The notes under the pieces: generated by a model
What the model saw: only the letters and a program-made list of their open reading frames with translations
What the model was told of the DNA's origin: nothing
Database searches by the model: none
Source: Patescibacteria group bacterium
GTDB lineage: Bacteria > Patescibacteriota > Patescibacteriia > 2-12-FULL-57-11
Reading direction: 5' to 3'
DNA: 53,484 bases
Assembly (NCBI GenBank): GCA_038054875.1
Contig: JBBUJK010000009.1
Location: 1 to 53,484, forward strand
Made by a program: the position numbers and the translations under genes
Shown: in pieces, positions 40,371 through 48,810 of the stretch
Numbering within the stretch: position 1 is the stretch's first letter
How the letters are laid out: every line of letters starts with the position of its first letter

Positions 40371-41350
40371 TTACGGATCAACGTCTTGACCGCGCGCTTC
40401 AGCGGGGCCGGCAACAGCTTCCCGCGATGGTCACGGATGAAGAGACGGATGGTGTGGTGGATGTCGCACAGGGCAATGCTCCGACGGACGCGGCCGGGAG
40501 ACAGGCTGGCCGTGACGAGCGGGAACGCGGCGACCATGGGTGCCGCATCAATCCTCGACGCGACAATTGCGGACAGCGGCCGACCGAGGTTGTCGAGGCG
40601 CACGATCTTCAGATCGTGCCTCCAAAGGAACAGAAGGAAACTATACGGCGTGAAGTTGGAGACATGCGGGAACCGAAAGAAGAAACGTTTCGGAAAGGTC
40701 ATCGCCGTGACGTTCGGCAGACCGAGGTACACCCGACCACCCGGCGCGAGCAGCATTTCCAAAGCATCCCCAACCACGTCGATGTCGAGAAAATGCTCGA
40801 GCACATGATGCATCAGGATGAGGTCGAATGGTTTGCCGTTCCAACCGACAAGGAACTGTTCGAGCGTCTGTGACGCGATCTCCAGATGGAAGACGCTCCG
40901 TGCAACCACCGGACCGATCGGATCCGGCTCGATGCCGGTGACATCACCGCCGACAGACTCCCGGATGCGGGCAAGGAGATTCCCGTACCCGCAACCGATT
41001 TCGAGCACCCGCAAACCGGGACGAAGCTCCGGTTCAAGGAACCGATAGATGCGCTGCGTTTTCTTTTCTGCGGATCGCGCCAGCGCGGACGGATCGTCTT
41101 CCCCGCTGACGTTATTGCAGTTCTTGCTGAAGCCCTGCTGACGGTAGTAGGCGTCGTAGGCCTCGGCGCTTTCGCGGGGAGAGAGGTAGACATGGCCGCA
41201 GCGCAGGCATTGGACGTCGCGGATGGAATGCCCCCCGCTGACATGTACATCAACCACCTGTTCGTCGGCGCTGCCACAAATCGCACAGCGCACGGCAGCA
41301 CTCAGGGGCGGCGCCAAGCTCGTCGCAACCTCATTTCCTGGGGTAAGCAT
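40367..41350 (-). CDS. Class I SAM methyltransferase with N-terminal zinc ribbon (paralogue 2)
   Basis: CAICGS..CLRCGHVYLSP, VLEIGCGYG, LILMHHVLEHF, LPNV..FRFPHVSNFTP; start trimmed to ATG 41350. Confidence 0.8.
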   Translation of the reverse strand: MLTPGNEVATSLAPPLSAAVRCAICGSADEQVVDVHVSGGHSIRDVQCLRCGHVYLSPRESAEAYDAYYRQQGFSKNCNNVSGEDDPSALARSAEKKTQRIYRFLEPELRPGLRVLEIGCGYGNLLARIRESVGGDVTGIEPDPIGPVVARSVFHLEIASQTLEQFLVGWNGKPFDLILMHHVLEHFLDIDVVGDALEMLLAPGGRVYLGLPNVTAMTFPKRFFFRFPHVSNFTPYSFLLFLWRHDLKIVRLDNLGRPLSAIVASRIDAAPMVAAFPLVTASLSPGRVRRSIALCDIHHTIRLFIRDHRGKLLPAPLKRAVKTLIRK

Positions 41351-41385
41351 AACAGAACAACCCGGATCAGATGTCGTCCGTCGAA

Positions 41386-41413
41386 AGTATAGCTTGACCG
41401 CTGAAAAAGCCAA
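41386..41413 (-). promoter_or_regulatory. Putative promoter (TTGGCT -16 nt- TATACT) for the methyltransferase operon
   Basis: Minus-strand motifs at 41408-41413 and 41386-41391, between terminator T1 and ATG 41350. Confidence 0.4.
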
Positions 41414-41426
41414 GCGTGAACGATAA

Positions 41427-41452
41427 AAAAGAACGGCTCCCGAAGGAACCGC
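41427..41452 (-). terminator. Rho-independent terminator T1 after the Nudix gene
   Basis: Minus strand GCGGTTCC-ttcg-GGAGCCGT-TCTTTT; 26 nt identical to 42354-42379. Confidence 0.7.
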
Positions 41453-41467
41453 TGTGCTACGCCGTCG

Positions 41468-42280
41468 TCAGCACACGTAGTCGTGGATGATCGCCATGAG
41501 CGCGCAGATGCCGTTGCGCCCGTTGAGCAGGTGGTACTTCCGCCCGGGCTGCTCCGACAGCTCCACGTAGCCGCGGACGAATGCGTCATCGAGCTCGCGT
41601 CGATCCAAGAGCACCGGCGCCTCAAGGATCTCACCGGCCTCCGGATGCTGCTCGGCCTTCTTGCTGATGCGCACCGCGTAGAGCGCGATCGGCGTACCGT
41701 TCGTCGAAGGGTCGACGATGAAGTGCTCCTCGCCGCCGAGACGCTGGAACTCCAGAATCTCGTAGCCGGCCTCCTCGAACATCTCGGCGCGAACGGCCTG
41801 GATGTCCTCGGTGGCATTGACGTCGCCGCCGCCCGGGAACTCGAGCTCCCAGCGGCCGACGACCGGGCCACGCCAGGCCGGCACGAGCAGCACGCGCCCG
41901 TCGTCGGTGTACGGAACAAGGGCCACGCTCTTGCCCTTCAGCCCGTTCCACCAGTAGACGGCCTTCCAGGTCCGCTCGGTCTGGCCATCGCCGGTGCGAA
42001 TGGGATGCGCCACGACGACGCCGACGGCGTCCTCGAAGACGATGCCGACCCGTCCGTCGCGCGGGTCGAGACCGCGCTCGACACAGCGCAGCATCTGCGC
42101 CTCCTCGATCCGCTCCATGTCCGAGTGGACGATGCAGATCTCATGCGTCTCCTCGGCCACACTGCCGCGATCGAACGGCAACAACGCAAGCAGTTTCCGG
42201 TAACGATCGAAACGTTCGAACCGTGTGGCGCGTGCCTCGCTCTGCGCCACCTTCAGACGCTCCTCTTGAATCTCGTTCAC
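41468..42280 (-). CDS. Nudix-domain hydrolase with uncharacterised N-terminal region
   Basis: Nudix-box-like GGGDVNATEDIQAVRAEMFEEAGY (one-residue deviation from GX5EX7REUXEEXGU); start set to GTG 42280 (AAAGGAGA 8 nt upstream) rather than the track start 42319. Confidence 0.55.
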   Translation of the reverse strand: MNEIQEERLKVAQSEARATRFERFDRYRKLLALLPFDRGSVAEETHEICIVHSDMERIEEAQMLRCVERGLDPRDGRVGIVFEDAVGVVVAHPIRTGDGQTERTWKAVYWWNGLKGKSVALVPYTDDGRVLLVPAWRGPVVGRWELEFPGGGDVNATEDIQAVRAEMFEEAGYEILEFQRLGGEEHFIVDPSTNGTPIALYAVRISKKAEQHPEAGEILEAPVLLDRRELDDAFVRGYVELSEQPGRKYHLLNGRNGICALMAIIHDYVC

Positions 42281-42309
42281 GATCTTTTCTCCTTTGCGAA
42301 CCTGGCAGT

Positions 42310-42338
42310 TCTCTACCACGAAATCGCGACCGCGTCAA
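42310..42338 (-). promoter_or_regulatory. Putative promoter (TTGACG -17 nt- TAGAGA) for the Nudix gene
   Basis: Minus-strand hexamers at 42333-42338 and 42310-42315, between terminator T2 and the SD/GTG. Confidence 0.35.
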
Positions 42339-42353
42339 CTCCCTCCGACAGAC

Positions 42354-42379
42354 AAAAGAACGGCTCCCGAAGGAACCGC
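42354..42379 (-). terminator. Rho-independent terminator T2 after the nucleotidyltransferase gene
   Basis: AAAAGAACGGCTCCCGAAGGAACCGC, identical to T1. Confidence 0.7.
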
Positions 42380-42380
42380 G

Positions 42381-43133
42381 CTATCCGTCCGGTTCGGTCA
42401 TACCGTCAAAGTTGAAAGCATCCGGTTCCGCAGTGATCGCCTGCTCGGCGAGCTCCAAGTCTTGCGGCGTGTCGACTTCGAGCCAGCGATGACCGGACAT
42501 GTCACCGATCCGCACCTGACGGCCAGGCTCGGCAAGCACAGCAAGTATATGCTCCACGCCGAGACGACGATCCTGCTGGAGGACGGCCTCATGGGCGGCA
42601 TCAAAAAGCGAACGGCGCTCGGCATCGCACATGATGATGCCCGTGAATCCCGCTTTGTAGCTTTCCAAAGTCTTGGAGAGACGCACCAGGCGTCCCTCTT
42701 CCTGCCAGACCTTCATGTCGTCTCCCCCCAAAGGCCGATCCGTATCGCAGAAGGCCGTGATGCCGGCATCCGCTTGCGCAAGAAGCACCGGAGCAAGGCG
42801 CCGCCCATAGACGTGATCCGTGTTGCATTGGATGAAGGCCCCGGGAACCTGTTCCAGTGCCCGCTTCAACGAGACAACGCTGCCGAGCGTGTAGTCAGAA
42901 TTCTCAAAAACGTCAACGTCAGGAGCGAATGCACGCAACGACTCGCTGACCGCTGCGGCGCCGGATCCGGAAACAACAACGATCCGTTCGGGAGCAAGCA
43001 GCCGCAGGAACGAAACCGCGCGGTGGAGAAGCGATACGCCGTGGAGCGGCACAAGCGCTTTCGGACGATCGTCCGTGTGCGGTCGCAGCCGCGTTCCCGT
43101 GCCAGCAGCAAGAATGATTGCGGTGAACTGCAT
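42381..43133 (-). CDS. Nucleotidyltransferase (LicC/MobA-like; sugar- or alcohol-phosphate nucleotidylyltransferase)
   Basis: AIILAAGTGTRLRPHTDDRPKALVPL G-x-G-t-R-l signature, 250 aa. Confidence 0.7.
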   Translation of the reverse strand: MQFTAIILAAGTGTRLRPHTDDRPKALVPLHGVSLLHRAVSFLRLLAPERIVVVSGSGAAAVSESLRAFAPDVDVFENSDYTLGSVVSLKRALEQVPGAFIQCNTDHVYGRRLAPVLLAQADAGITAFCDTDRPLGGDDMKVWQEEGRLVRLSKTLESYKAGFTGIIMCDAERRSLFDAAHEAVLQQDRRLGVEHILAVLAEPGRQVRIGDMSGHRWLEVDTPQDLELAEQAITAEPDAFNFDGMTEPDG

Positions 43134-43136
43134 AGT

Positions 43137-44051
43137 TTAGATGTCACAAATATCTCTGACTGCAAGATACCTGCGGAACATCTGCGCATGGACGCGATGT
43201 GCACGCGCCGTATTGAACCGCATGGCCCAAGCGAACGATTCCCGCAACAGACGGAAACGCAAGGCATCATGCAGATAAGTCTTTTCGAGCTGCGTGAAGG
43301 GGCGCGCCGACTCATACCCCCGACAATATGCGCGGAACGCCTCAGGGGAGAAAACAGATCCCCGGAAACACATCCAGATCACCGGAGTCATTGCGTCGAA
43401 CAACAACACCCCCCGATACATGTTGTCGAAGTCGATAAAACTGATGCGGCGACCATCGAAAACAATGTTATCCGGTTTGATGTCCTGATGGGTGATGCCC
43501 GTGGGAAGCGTCTTGGGAAAGCGGAGGCGGGTGTATTCCTGCGCCAGGTAGGGCAGATGTGTTCGCGCGCCCGGAAAACGCTTTTGGAGAATCTGCCGGG
43601 ATTCCGTTCGGAGGAGACGCGCAACGTCCCTGGGCTCCCAGCGGTCCTTGGTGACCGTCTGTTTCTCACGCCGCAGGACGCGATGCAGCCTCCCCAGGAG
43701 AAAACCCACGCGGCGCAAATCGCGGAGTTCAAAAGCCTGTCCGGTCTTACCGGGCAGATAGGTATACAAGGCCATGACTTTCCCCTCCCGCTCCAAAAGG
43801 GTGCGGCCGTCCTGCGTCGCGACCACGCGCGGACACGGGAACCGACGGTCGGCCAGACATCGGAGCATCTTCTGTTCAAAGGCGACCTGTCGCGCGTCAC
43901 GATAGCGGTACATCTTGAGCACAAACTGCCCCGCCTTTGTCCAGACGCGACAGTTTTCGTTGAGCATGCCTCCCCGCAGGCGTTCCTGCCGGGATTCGGA
44001 AAGTCCCCACGGGGACAACAACGTCCCGGACCCGCTACTCGGTGTCCGCAT
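43137..44051 (-). CDS. APH/choline-kinase-family phosphotransferase (LicA-like small-molecule kinase)
   Basis: Brenner motif ITHQDIKPDNIVF and IDFDNMYRG; start set to ATG 44051 so that the GGMLNENCRV..FVLKMY N-lobe is retained (17-nt overlap with the upstream gene). Confidence 0.7.
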   Translation of the reverse strand: MRTPSSGSGTLLSPWGLSESRQERLRGGMLNENCRVWTKAGQFVLKMYRYRDARQVAFEQKMLRCLADRRFPCPRVVATQDGRTLLEREGKVMALYTYLPGKTGQAFELRDLRRVGFLLGRLHRVLRREKQTVTKDRWEPRDVARLLRTESRQILQKRFPGARTHLPYLAQEYTRLRFPKTLPTGITHQDIKPDNIVFDGRRISFIDFDNMYRGVLLFDAMTPVIWMCFRGSVFSPEAFRAYCRGYESARPFTQLEKTYLHDALRFRLLRESFAWAMRFNTARAHRVHAQMFRRYLAVRDICDI

Positions 44052-45957
44052 AGCTGCGTGCGACCGCCTCACGGACGGCCTTGTCGCTGCACTGCACCGT
44101 GTACATGCTCCGGTCATGCCATAACGAGCCGATCTCCTTGACCAGCACGAAACGTGCTTCGCCGCTGTGAAATTTCTTGTTGAAACGCAACCCCTCGACG
44201 ACGTCATCGACGGCGATATCCGATGGGATGCAGATATCAAGGCCGAACTTCTTCATCATCCGGAACTGGGCGGTTGCCGTGGCATCGTCAGACACGCCCA
44301 ATATCCGTGCAAGCTCCGCAGACACCCGCATGCCGATCGCCACGGATTCGCCATGTCCCAGTTCGTACCCGGACAGAAACTCCACTGCATGGCCAACTTC
44401 GTGGCCGTACTGGTAGACCAGACCCTCACGCTCTTCATCGAAGTCTTTCTCAATCGTGGGAATCTTGAGGGCGATGCTGCGCGACACGACCTCTTCCAAG
44501 AAAGGAAGGTTCTTCAAGGGGCCGTCGTACCGGGAGAAGAAGTCATAAAATTCCGTGCTCTGCGCAAATGCCTGTTTGAGGCATTCGCTCAAGCCATCAC
44601 GAAGGTACCGTTCATCCAACGTCAGGAGTACAGTCGGATCGACGATCACGCTGAGGGGCGCGTAATAACTTCCCAGCAGATTCTTCCCTCCCTCGCCGTT
44701 CACGCCTTGCTTCAAAGCGATCGCCGCGTCGCACTGCGCGAGCAGCGTCGTCGGCATATGGATCGAACCAACACCCCGATACAAGGTGGAAGCGAGAAAG
44801 CCGGCCAAATCCTTGATCACTCCCCCGCCGAGGGAAATCAGAATGGACTTCTTGTCCAAACCGTCGTTCAGTATCTTGTTCGCGAGCTGCAGATAGATCG
44901 CCGCGCTTTTCGTCCATTCTCCCGGATCGACCAGAATCTTATTTACGTGATACCCCAAGCTCGTCAGTTTCGCATGGACCTTTTCCCCATAGAGCGCATC
45001 GATGTTCTTGTCGACGATCAGATGATGCGGAGAGTAGTAATTCTCGCTCGGGATGATCAGGTAGTCCTCCAGATGTTCAATGATCCCCGACTTCACGTGC
45101 ACGTCGAAGGTAATCTTCTTGTCGTAAGAAAAGGTGACCGTCTTCTTCAACGCAGAGAGTCGCGGCGTCCCGGTGACGGCGGTCGAACTTTCTACGCGGT
45201 TACTCCTCAAGAACATCTCCGCCCGGATGAGCGTTGACGGCGTGTTCACGTCAAACCAGTGTGTGCCGGCATACAGGACGGGTTTGATCGGACGTACCGT
45301 GTTGTACGCGGAAAGCGCTTCCTCGAAGGTCGTGATCTCGGGGCGTGCCGCGACGAACGAAGAAAACGCGCTGTAGGCAGGCGCGGAGAAATGATACACG
45401 CCCGCCTCGATGGCGTTGGCGTCCTTCAGGGTCTTCCCCAAAGCCTGCACGGCGGTCTGCCCGTCGAGGAGTGCTTTGACCTTTCCGCCGGAATGACGAT
45501 TGACCTCGACATCGGCACAAAAAAGCGCCGAAACACCTTCCGTATCTTGCATGTCTCCAGTAAAACAGGCGAAAGGGTTCCGTTCAAAAACAAGGTCGCA
45601 CGCCGAAAGAAAAAAGGGAGCGGTGACTTCCTTGCCCAAAGAGAGGAAGGAACCGAACATGCTGTTCTTTTTCTCGGACTGCTGGACATAGCGAATCCGG
45701 CAATCTGCGGGGATGCGGTCGGCGTGCTCGAGCAAGGTGCGCTGCACGAGCCGATCCCCCTCACTGACCACGATCACCAGGTCACGAACCCCGTGTTCGA
45801 TCATGCGTGAAAGGACGCGCAAAATAAGGGGCTCCCCATCGACTTTGATGAGCGGCTTGATGGTCTCAAATCTGCGCAGGCGTTTTCCCTCCCCGCCCGC
45901 AAGGATGACTCCCGTCGACGTGACCATATCGTTGACAATCCCGTCAGAAAACCGCAT
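44035..45957 (-). CDS. Fusion: N-terminal nucleotidyltransferase plus C-terminal 3-dehydroquinate-synthase-like (sugar-phosphate cyclase / metal-dependent dehydrogenase) domain
   Basis: N-term VILAGGEGKRLRRFETIKPLIKV; C-term LGGGVIKDLAGFLAS, PTTLLAQCDAAIALKQGVNGEGGKNLLGSYYAP, GLSECLKQA, YGHEVGHAVE, GHGESVAIGM (DHQS-family metal/NAD motifs). Confidence 0.75.
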   Translation of the reverse strand: MRFSDGIVNDMVTSTGVILAGGEGKRLRRFETIKPLIKVDGEPLILRVLSRMIEHGVRDLVIVVSEGDRLVQRTLLEHADRIPADCRIRYVQQSEKKNSMFGSFLSLGKEVTAPFFLSACDLVFERNPFACFTGDMQDTEGVSALFCADVEVNRHSGGKVKALLDGQTAVQALGKTLKDANAIEAGVYHFSAPAYSAFSSFVAARPEITTFEEALSAYNTVRPIKPVLYAGTHWFDVNTPSTLIRAEMFLRSNRVESSTAVTGTPRLSALKKTVTFSYDKKITFDVHVKSGIIEHLEDYLIIPSENYYSPHHLIVDKNIDALYGEKVHAKLTSLGYHVNKILVDPGEWTKSAAIYLQLANKILNDGLDKKSILISLGGGVIKDLAGFLASTLYRGVGSIHMPTTLLAQCDAAIALKQGVNGEGGKNLLGSYYAPLSVIVDPTVLLTLDERYLRDGLSECLKQAFAQSTEFYDFFSRYDGPLKNLPFLEEVVSRSIALKIPTIEKDFDEEREGLVYQYGHEVGHAVEFLSGYELGHGESVAIGMRVSAELARILGVSDDATATAQFRMMKKFGLDICIPSDIAVDDVVEGLRFNKKFHSGEARFVLVKEIGSLWHDRSMYTVQCSDKAVREAVARSYADTE

Positions 45958-45985
45958 CTTCCTTATAAAGCACGCTCACTCTAGT

Positions 45986-47014
45986 ATGAAAGCAGCAATT
46001 CTACAAGGCCCGGGGGTCGTTCGCGTCCAAGAGGTTCCGGAGCCGGTCGTTGGTGACTACGACGCCCTGTGCACAATGGTCGCCGCTTCGGTCTGCAGCG
46101 GCACCGACAACCACGCGCTGGCTTTTGATCCTTACTTTTCTCTGAGCGCTCCGGCGCTCTTTGGGCATGAAGGGATCGGGCGCGTCACCGCCGTGGGTCC
46201 GAAGGTCCGAAACCTGCGGATCGGGGACCTCGTCACCCGCGTCGTGAATGCCATGCCCGCGGACAGCGGCATCCTCGTTCCGTCCGGGTGGGGCGCCTTT
46301 GCGGAACGCGGCATCGCCACCGACTGGCAGGCCATGCGTGACGACGGCCTGCCGGAAACGGCCTGGCGCGCCCACACCTATCATCGGACGCTTCCTGCGC
46401 ATTTTGACCCGCTGGCCGCCACGATGATCATCACCTGGAGAGAAACGCTCGCCTACATCAAGAGATTTTCCCTGAGCGCCGGCGAATCGCTCCTGCTCGT
46501 GGGTTCGGGCGCCAACAGCCTGTCGATGGCCGAACACGCCAAGGCCATGGGCGTACAGGTGGCCGTCGTCGGCAGCCCCGATCGTGAGGCAGTCTTCAGC
46601 GCGGCCGGTGCAGCAAGCTATGTCTCCTACAAAATTGATCATCCGTCAGCGGTACTTGTCGCAGGCGGCACGAAGACGGTCGACGCCATCATCGACACCG
46701 TTGGACGGCACGCTACGGCAAATGCGCTGCTTCCGTTGCTCCGGGGCGGTGGCAGCTTCGGCCTCTACGGTCTCGATGAAGGCAACGCCTACGCCTTGAG
46801 ACCGACCCTGGCACAAGGGGATTTCCGGTTTCTGTCCGGCACGGAATACGAAGAGGGGTCGACCCACGATGAAATCGTTGCAGCCGTCGAGAACGGCCGT
46901 CTCGACGCCTGGCGCTATCTCTCGAGAGAATACTTTTATCCGTTGACCGGCATCGCCGAAGCCCTGCAGGCAACCAGAGAGCGGAAGGCCATGAAAAGCG
47001 TCATCGTTTTTTGA
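45986..47014 (+). CDS. Zinc-binding alcohol dehydrogenase (MDR superfamily)
   Basis: ORF 45713..47014 trimmed to ATG 45986 (MKAAILQGPGVVRVQEVPEP); CSGTDNH, GHEGIGRV, LLVGSGANSL. Confidence 0.8.
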   Translation: MKAAILQGPGVVRVQEVPEPVVGDYDALCTMVAASVCSGTDNHALAFDPYFSLSAPALFGHEGIGRVTAVGPKVRNLRIGDLVTRVVNAMPADSGILVPSGWGAFAERGIATDWQAMRDDGLPETAWRAHTYHRTLPAHFDPLAATMIITWRETLAYIKRFSLSAGESLLLVGSGANSLSMAEHAKAMGVQVAVVGSPDREAVFSAAGAASYVSYKIDHPSAVLVAGGTKTVDAIIDTVGRHATANALLPLLRGGGSFGLYGLDEGNAYALRPTLAQGDFRFLSGTEYEEGSTHDEIVAAVENGRLDAWRYLSREYFYPLTGIAEALQATRERKAMKSVIVF

Positions 47015-47984
47015 GAAGTGCCGACAAGCGGGCAAGACGTCTGGAAAAACGCGTCACGATGCCGCCGTACCGTTTCATGAAACGCACATGCCGGTGCGTG
47101 CGTCGCGCTGCCGACCCGAAATCGATGGATGAGAAAGGGTAGTAACCGTTCCCGTTCTCTACCGGTGTCGCGAGCACGCACAGCACTCCGTGCTCGAGAG
47201 AACCTATCCGGACTACCCGGAAGCCGCTCCGCAACAACAGCAGAGAGAGGGTCTCCGGACAAAAATGCATGACGTGGCCGGGCATGAAGAAGTGAGACAG
47301 CGTCCGCGTGAACGTCAAGACGTTGGGTACTTCGATGTACAGAAAGCCGTTATCGTCGCAGTGGCGCTTGATCTTCGCGAGCGTCGGCAGGGGTTCCAGC
47401 AGATGTTCGAGCACGTGCCGCATGATGATGAGGTCGGCGCCTCGGGGCGGGGCCGCGTCCAGATACGCGTCGATGGATTCTTCGTTGATGGGAATTCCGG
47501 AATCCCGCGCCCGTTGGGCGGTCAGGCGATCCAACTCTACGCCGAGCACCGACGCTTCGGGGTACTCCTTCTTGATCTGGACAAGCAGCTTCCCCATCGA
47601 GCATCCAAGATCAACCGCCCGCGGCACGCGAGACAGCGACCCCTTCAGGAAGTCGACGACGCGCTTCGTCTTGAGATCGGCGCCCGCGCCCTCGTCACGA
47701 TCCGCAGCACGAACTTCAATCCGTTCCTTTCCGTACTCCCACTTGTAGAAGTCCTCATAGAACTCGTTATAGGCCCGCGCATTTGGCCGATTGTTTGCGT
47801 ATGCGAGACCACAGGCGTTGCATACGACAGAACGCATGGGGATGCGGAGTCCGGATTTCGCCGCCGCGAAGTCGACGAGGGGCGTGGCTTCCGCGGCCCC
47901 GCACAACGGACACCTCACCTGTTCGTATCGCAATTGGTCGAGAAGCGGGTGGTTCATAGTATGTACAGTATGGTGAAACTCCAT
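47001..47984 (-). CDS. Class I SAM methyltransferase with N-terminal zinc ribbon (paralogue 3)
   Basis: CPLCGA..CNACGLAYANN, AVDLGCSMG, LIIMRHVLEHL, VPNV..FMPGHVMHFCP; trimmed to ATG 47984. Confidence 0.8.
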   Translation of the reverse strand: MEFHHTVHTMNHPLLDQLRYEQVRCPLCGAAEATPLVDFAAAKSGLRIPMRSVVCNACGLAYANNRPNARAYNEFYEDFYKWEYGKERIEVRAADRDEGAGADLKTKRVVDFLKGSLSRVPRAVDLGCSMGKLLVQIKKEYPEASVLGVELDRLTAQRARDSGIPINEESIDAYLDAAPPRGADLIIMRHVLEHLLEPLPTLAKIKRHCDDNGFLYIEVPNVLTFTRTLSHFFMPGHVMHFCPETLSLLLLRSGFRVVRIGSLEHGVLCVLATPVENGNGYYPFSSIDFGSAARRTHRHVRFMKRYGGIVTRFSRRLARLSALLKKR

Positions 47985-47986
47985 CG

Positions 47987-48778
47987 TCACTCGCTTGCCC
48001 CTTTCTCCGCCGCGCCGCCGACTTGGACCGTGCCGAGGGCATGCGTCTGGCGAATGAACACCAACACCCACAGCAGCGGGAACGTGACGCCGTAGAAATA
48101 CAGATACCACTCCAGACGATTCGTCGCGGCCGCCAAGAGGAGCGGCGCAATGAGTCCGTTGGAGGTAAAGAGGTTTCGTTTCGTCCAAGAGACCAGCCGT
48201 CGGAGCGGCGATCGCTGCAGGTACGACTGCCGGAGATCGCGAATCTCCTCCTGCGAGATCGCGGGTCGGGTCATGAACCACCAACGGTTTTCCAGCAACC
48301 GCGTCATGAGTTTGCTGGCCCCGGCAAGGAACGCAAAGCTCAGCGGCACCCAGCTGCCGGTCTGGACCGCCGCGGCGATGCCCAGCGGCAGGAACATCAG
48401 CCCGTACTGAATGTCATGGCTGACCGGTTCGACATACAGCGCTCCGGCGGGGTTGCGCGTCTGCCGGAAGCGCGCGACCTCCCCGTCGCAACCATCGAGA
48501 ACCGTGGCGAAGAACACCAGCACCGCGCCTGCGACGGAGAGCGACAGCGACTGGGTCAAGAACAGCCCCAGGCCGACGAAAAAGACGCTCACCGAAAGCA
48601 CGGTGATCTGGTTCGGCGTGATGGTCGTGAACAGGAACAGCTTCGTGAAGTAGATCGAAAAAAACCGGGCGCGCTTCCCGGTGAAGGTCTCCCGTTCCGG
48701 TGCAGGCGCGGTGGCCTGACAACGCGCGCGCATCTCGCGAATGCGTACGCCGCGTGCGGAGGAAGTCGGCGTCATCAT
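47987..48778 (-). CDS. CDP-alcohol phosphotransferase family protein (second copy)
   Basis: LDGCDGEVARFRQTRNPAGALYVEPVSHD motif, multiple TM helices; ATG 48778 preferred over the TTG at 48814. Confidence 0.75.
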   Translation of the reverse strand: MMTPTSSARGVRIREMRARCQATAPAPERETFTGKRARFFSIYFTKLFLFTTITPNQITVLSVSVFFVGLGLFLTQSLSLSVAGAVLVFFATVLDGCDGEVARFRQTRNPAGALYVEPVSHDIQYGLMFLPLGIAAAVQTGSWVPLSFAFLAGASKLMTRLLENRWWFMTRPAISQEEIRDLRQSYLQRSPLRRLVSWTKRNLFTSNGLIAPLLLAAATNRLEWYLYFYGVTFPLLWVLVFIRQTHALGTVQVGGAAEKGASE

Positions 48779-48810
48779 AGGGTGAACGTTTACGAGGGGC
48801 GGAGAGCCTC

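Noticed and set aside
42294-44141. 615-aa plus-strand ORF
   Set aside because: Antisense to the nucleotidyltransferase and APH-kinase genes, both of which have clear catalytic motifs. Shadow ORF.
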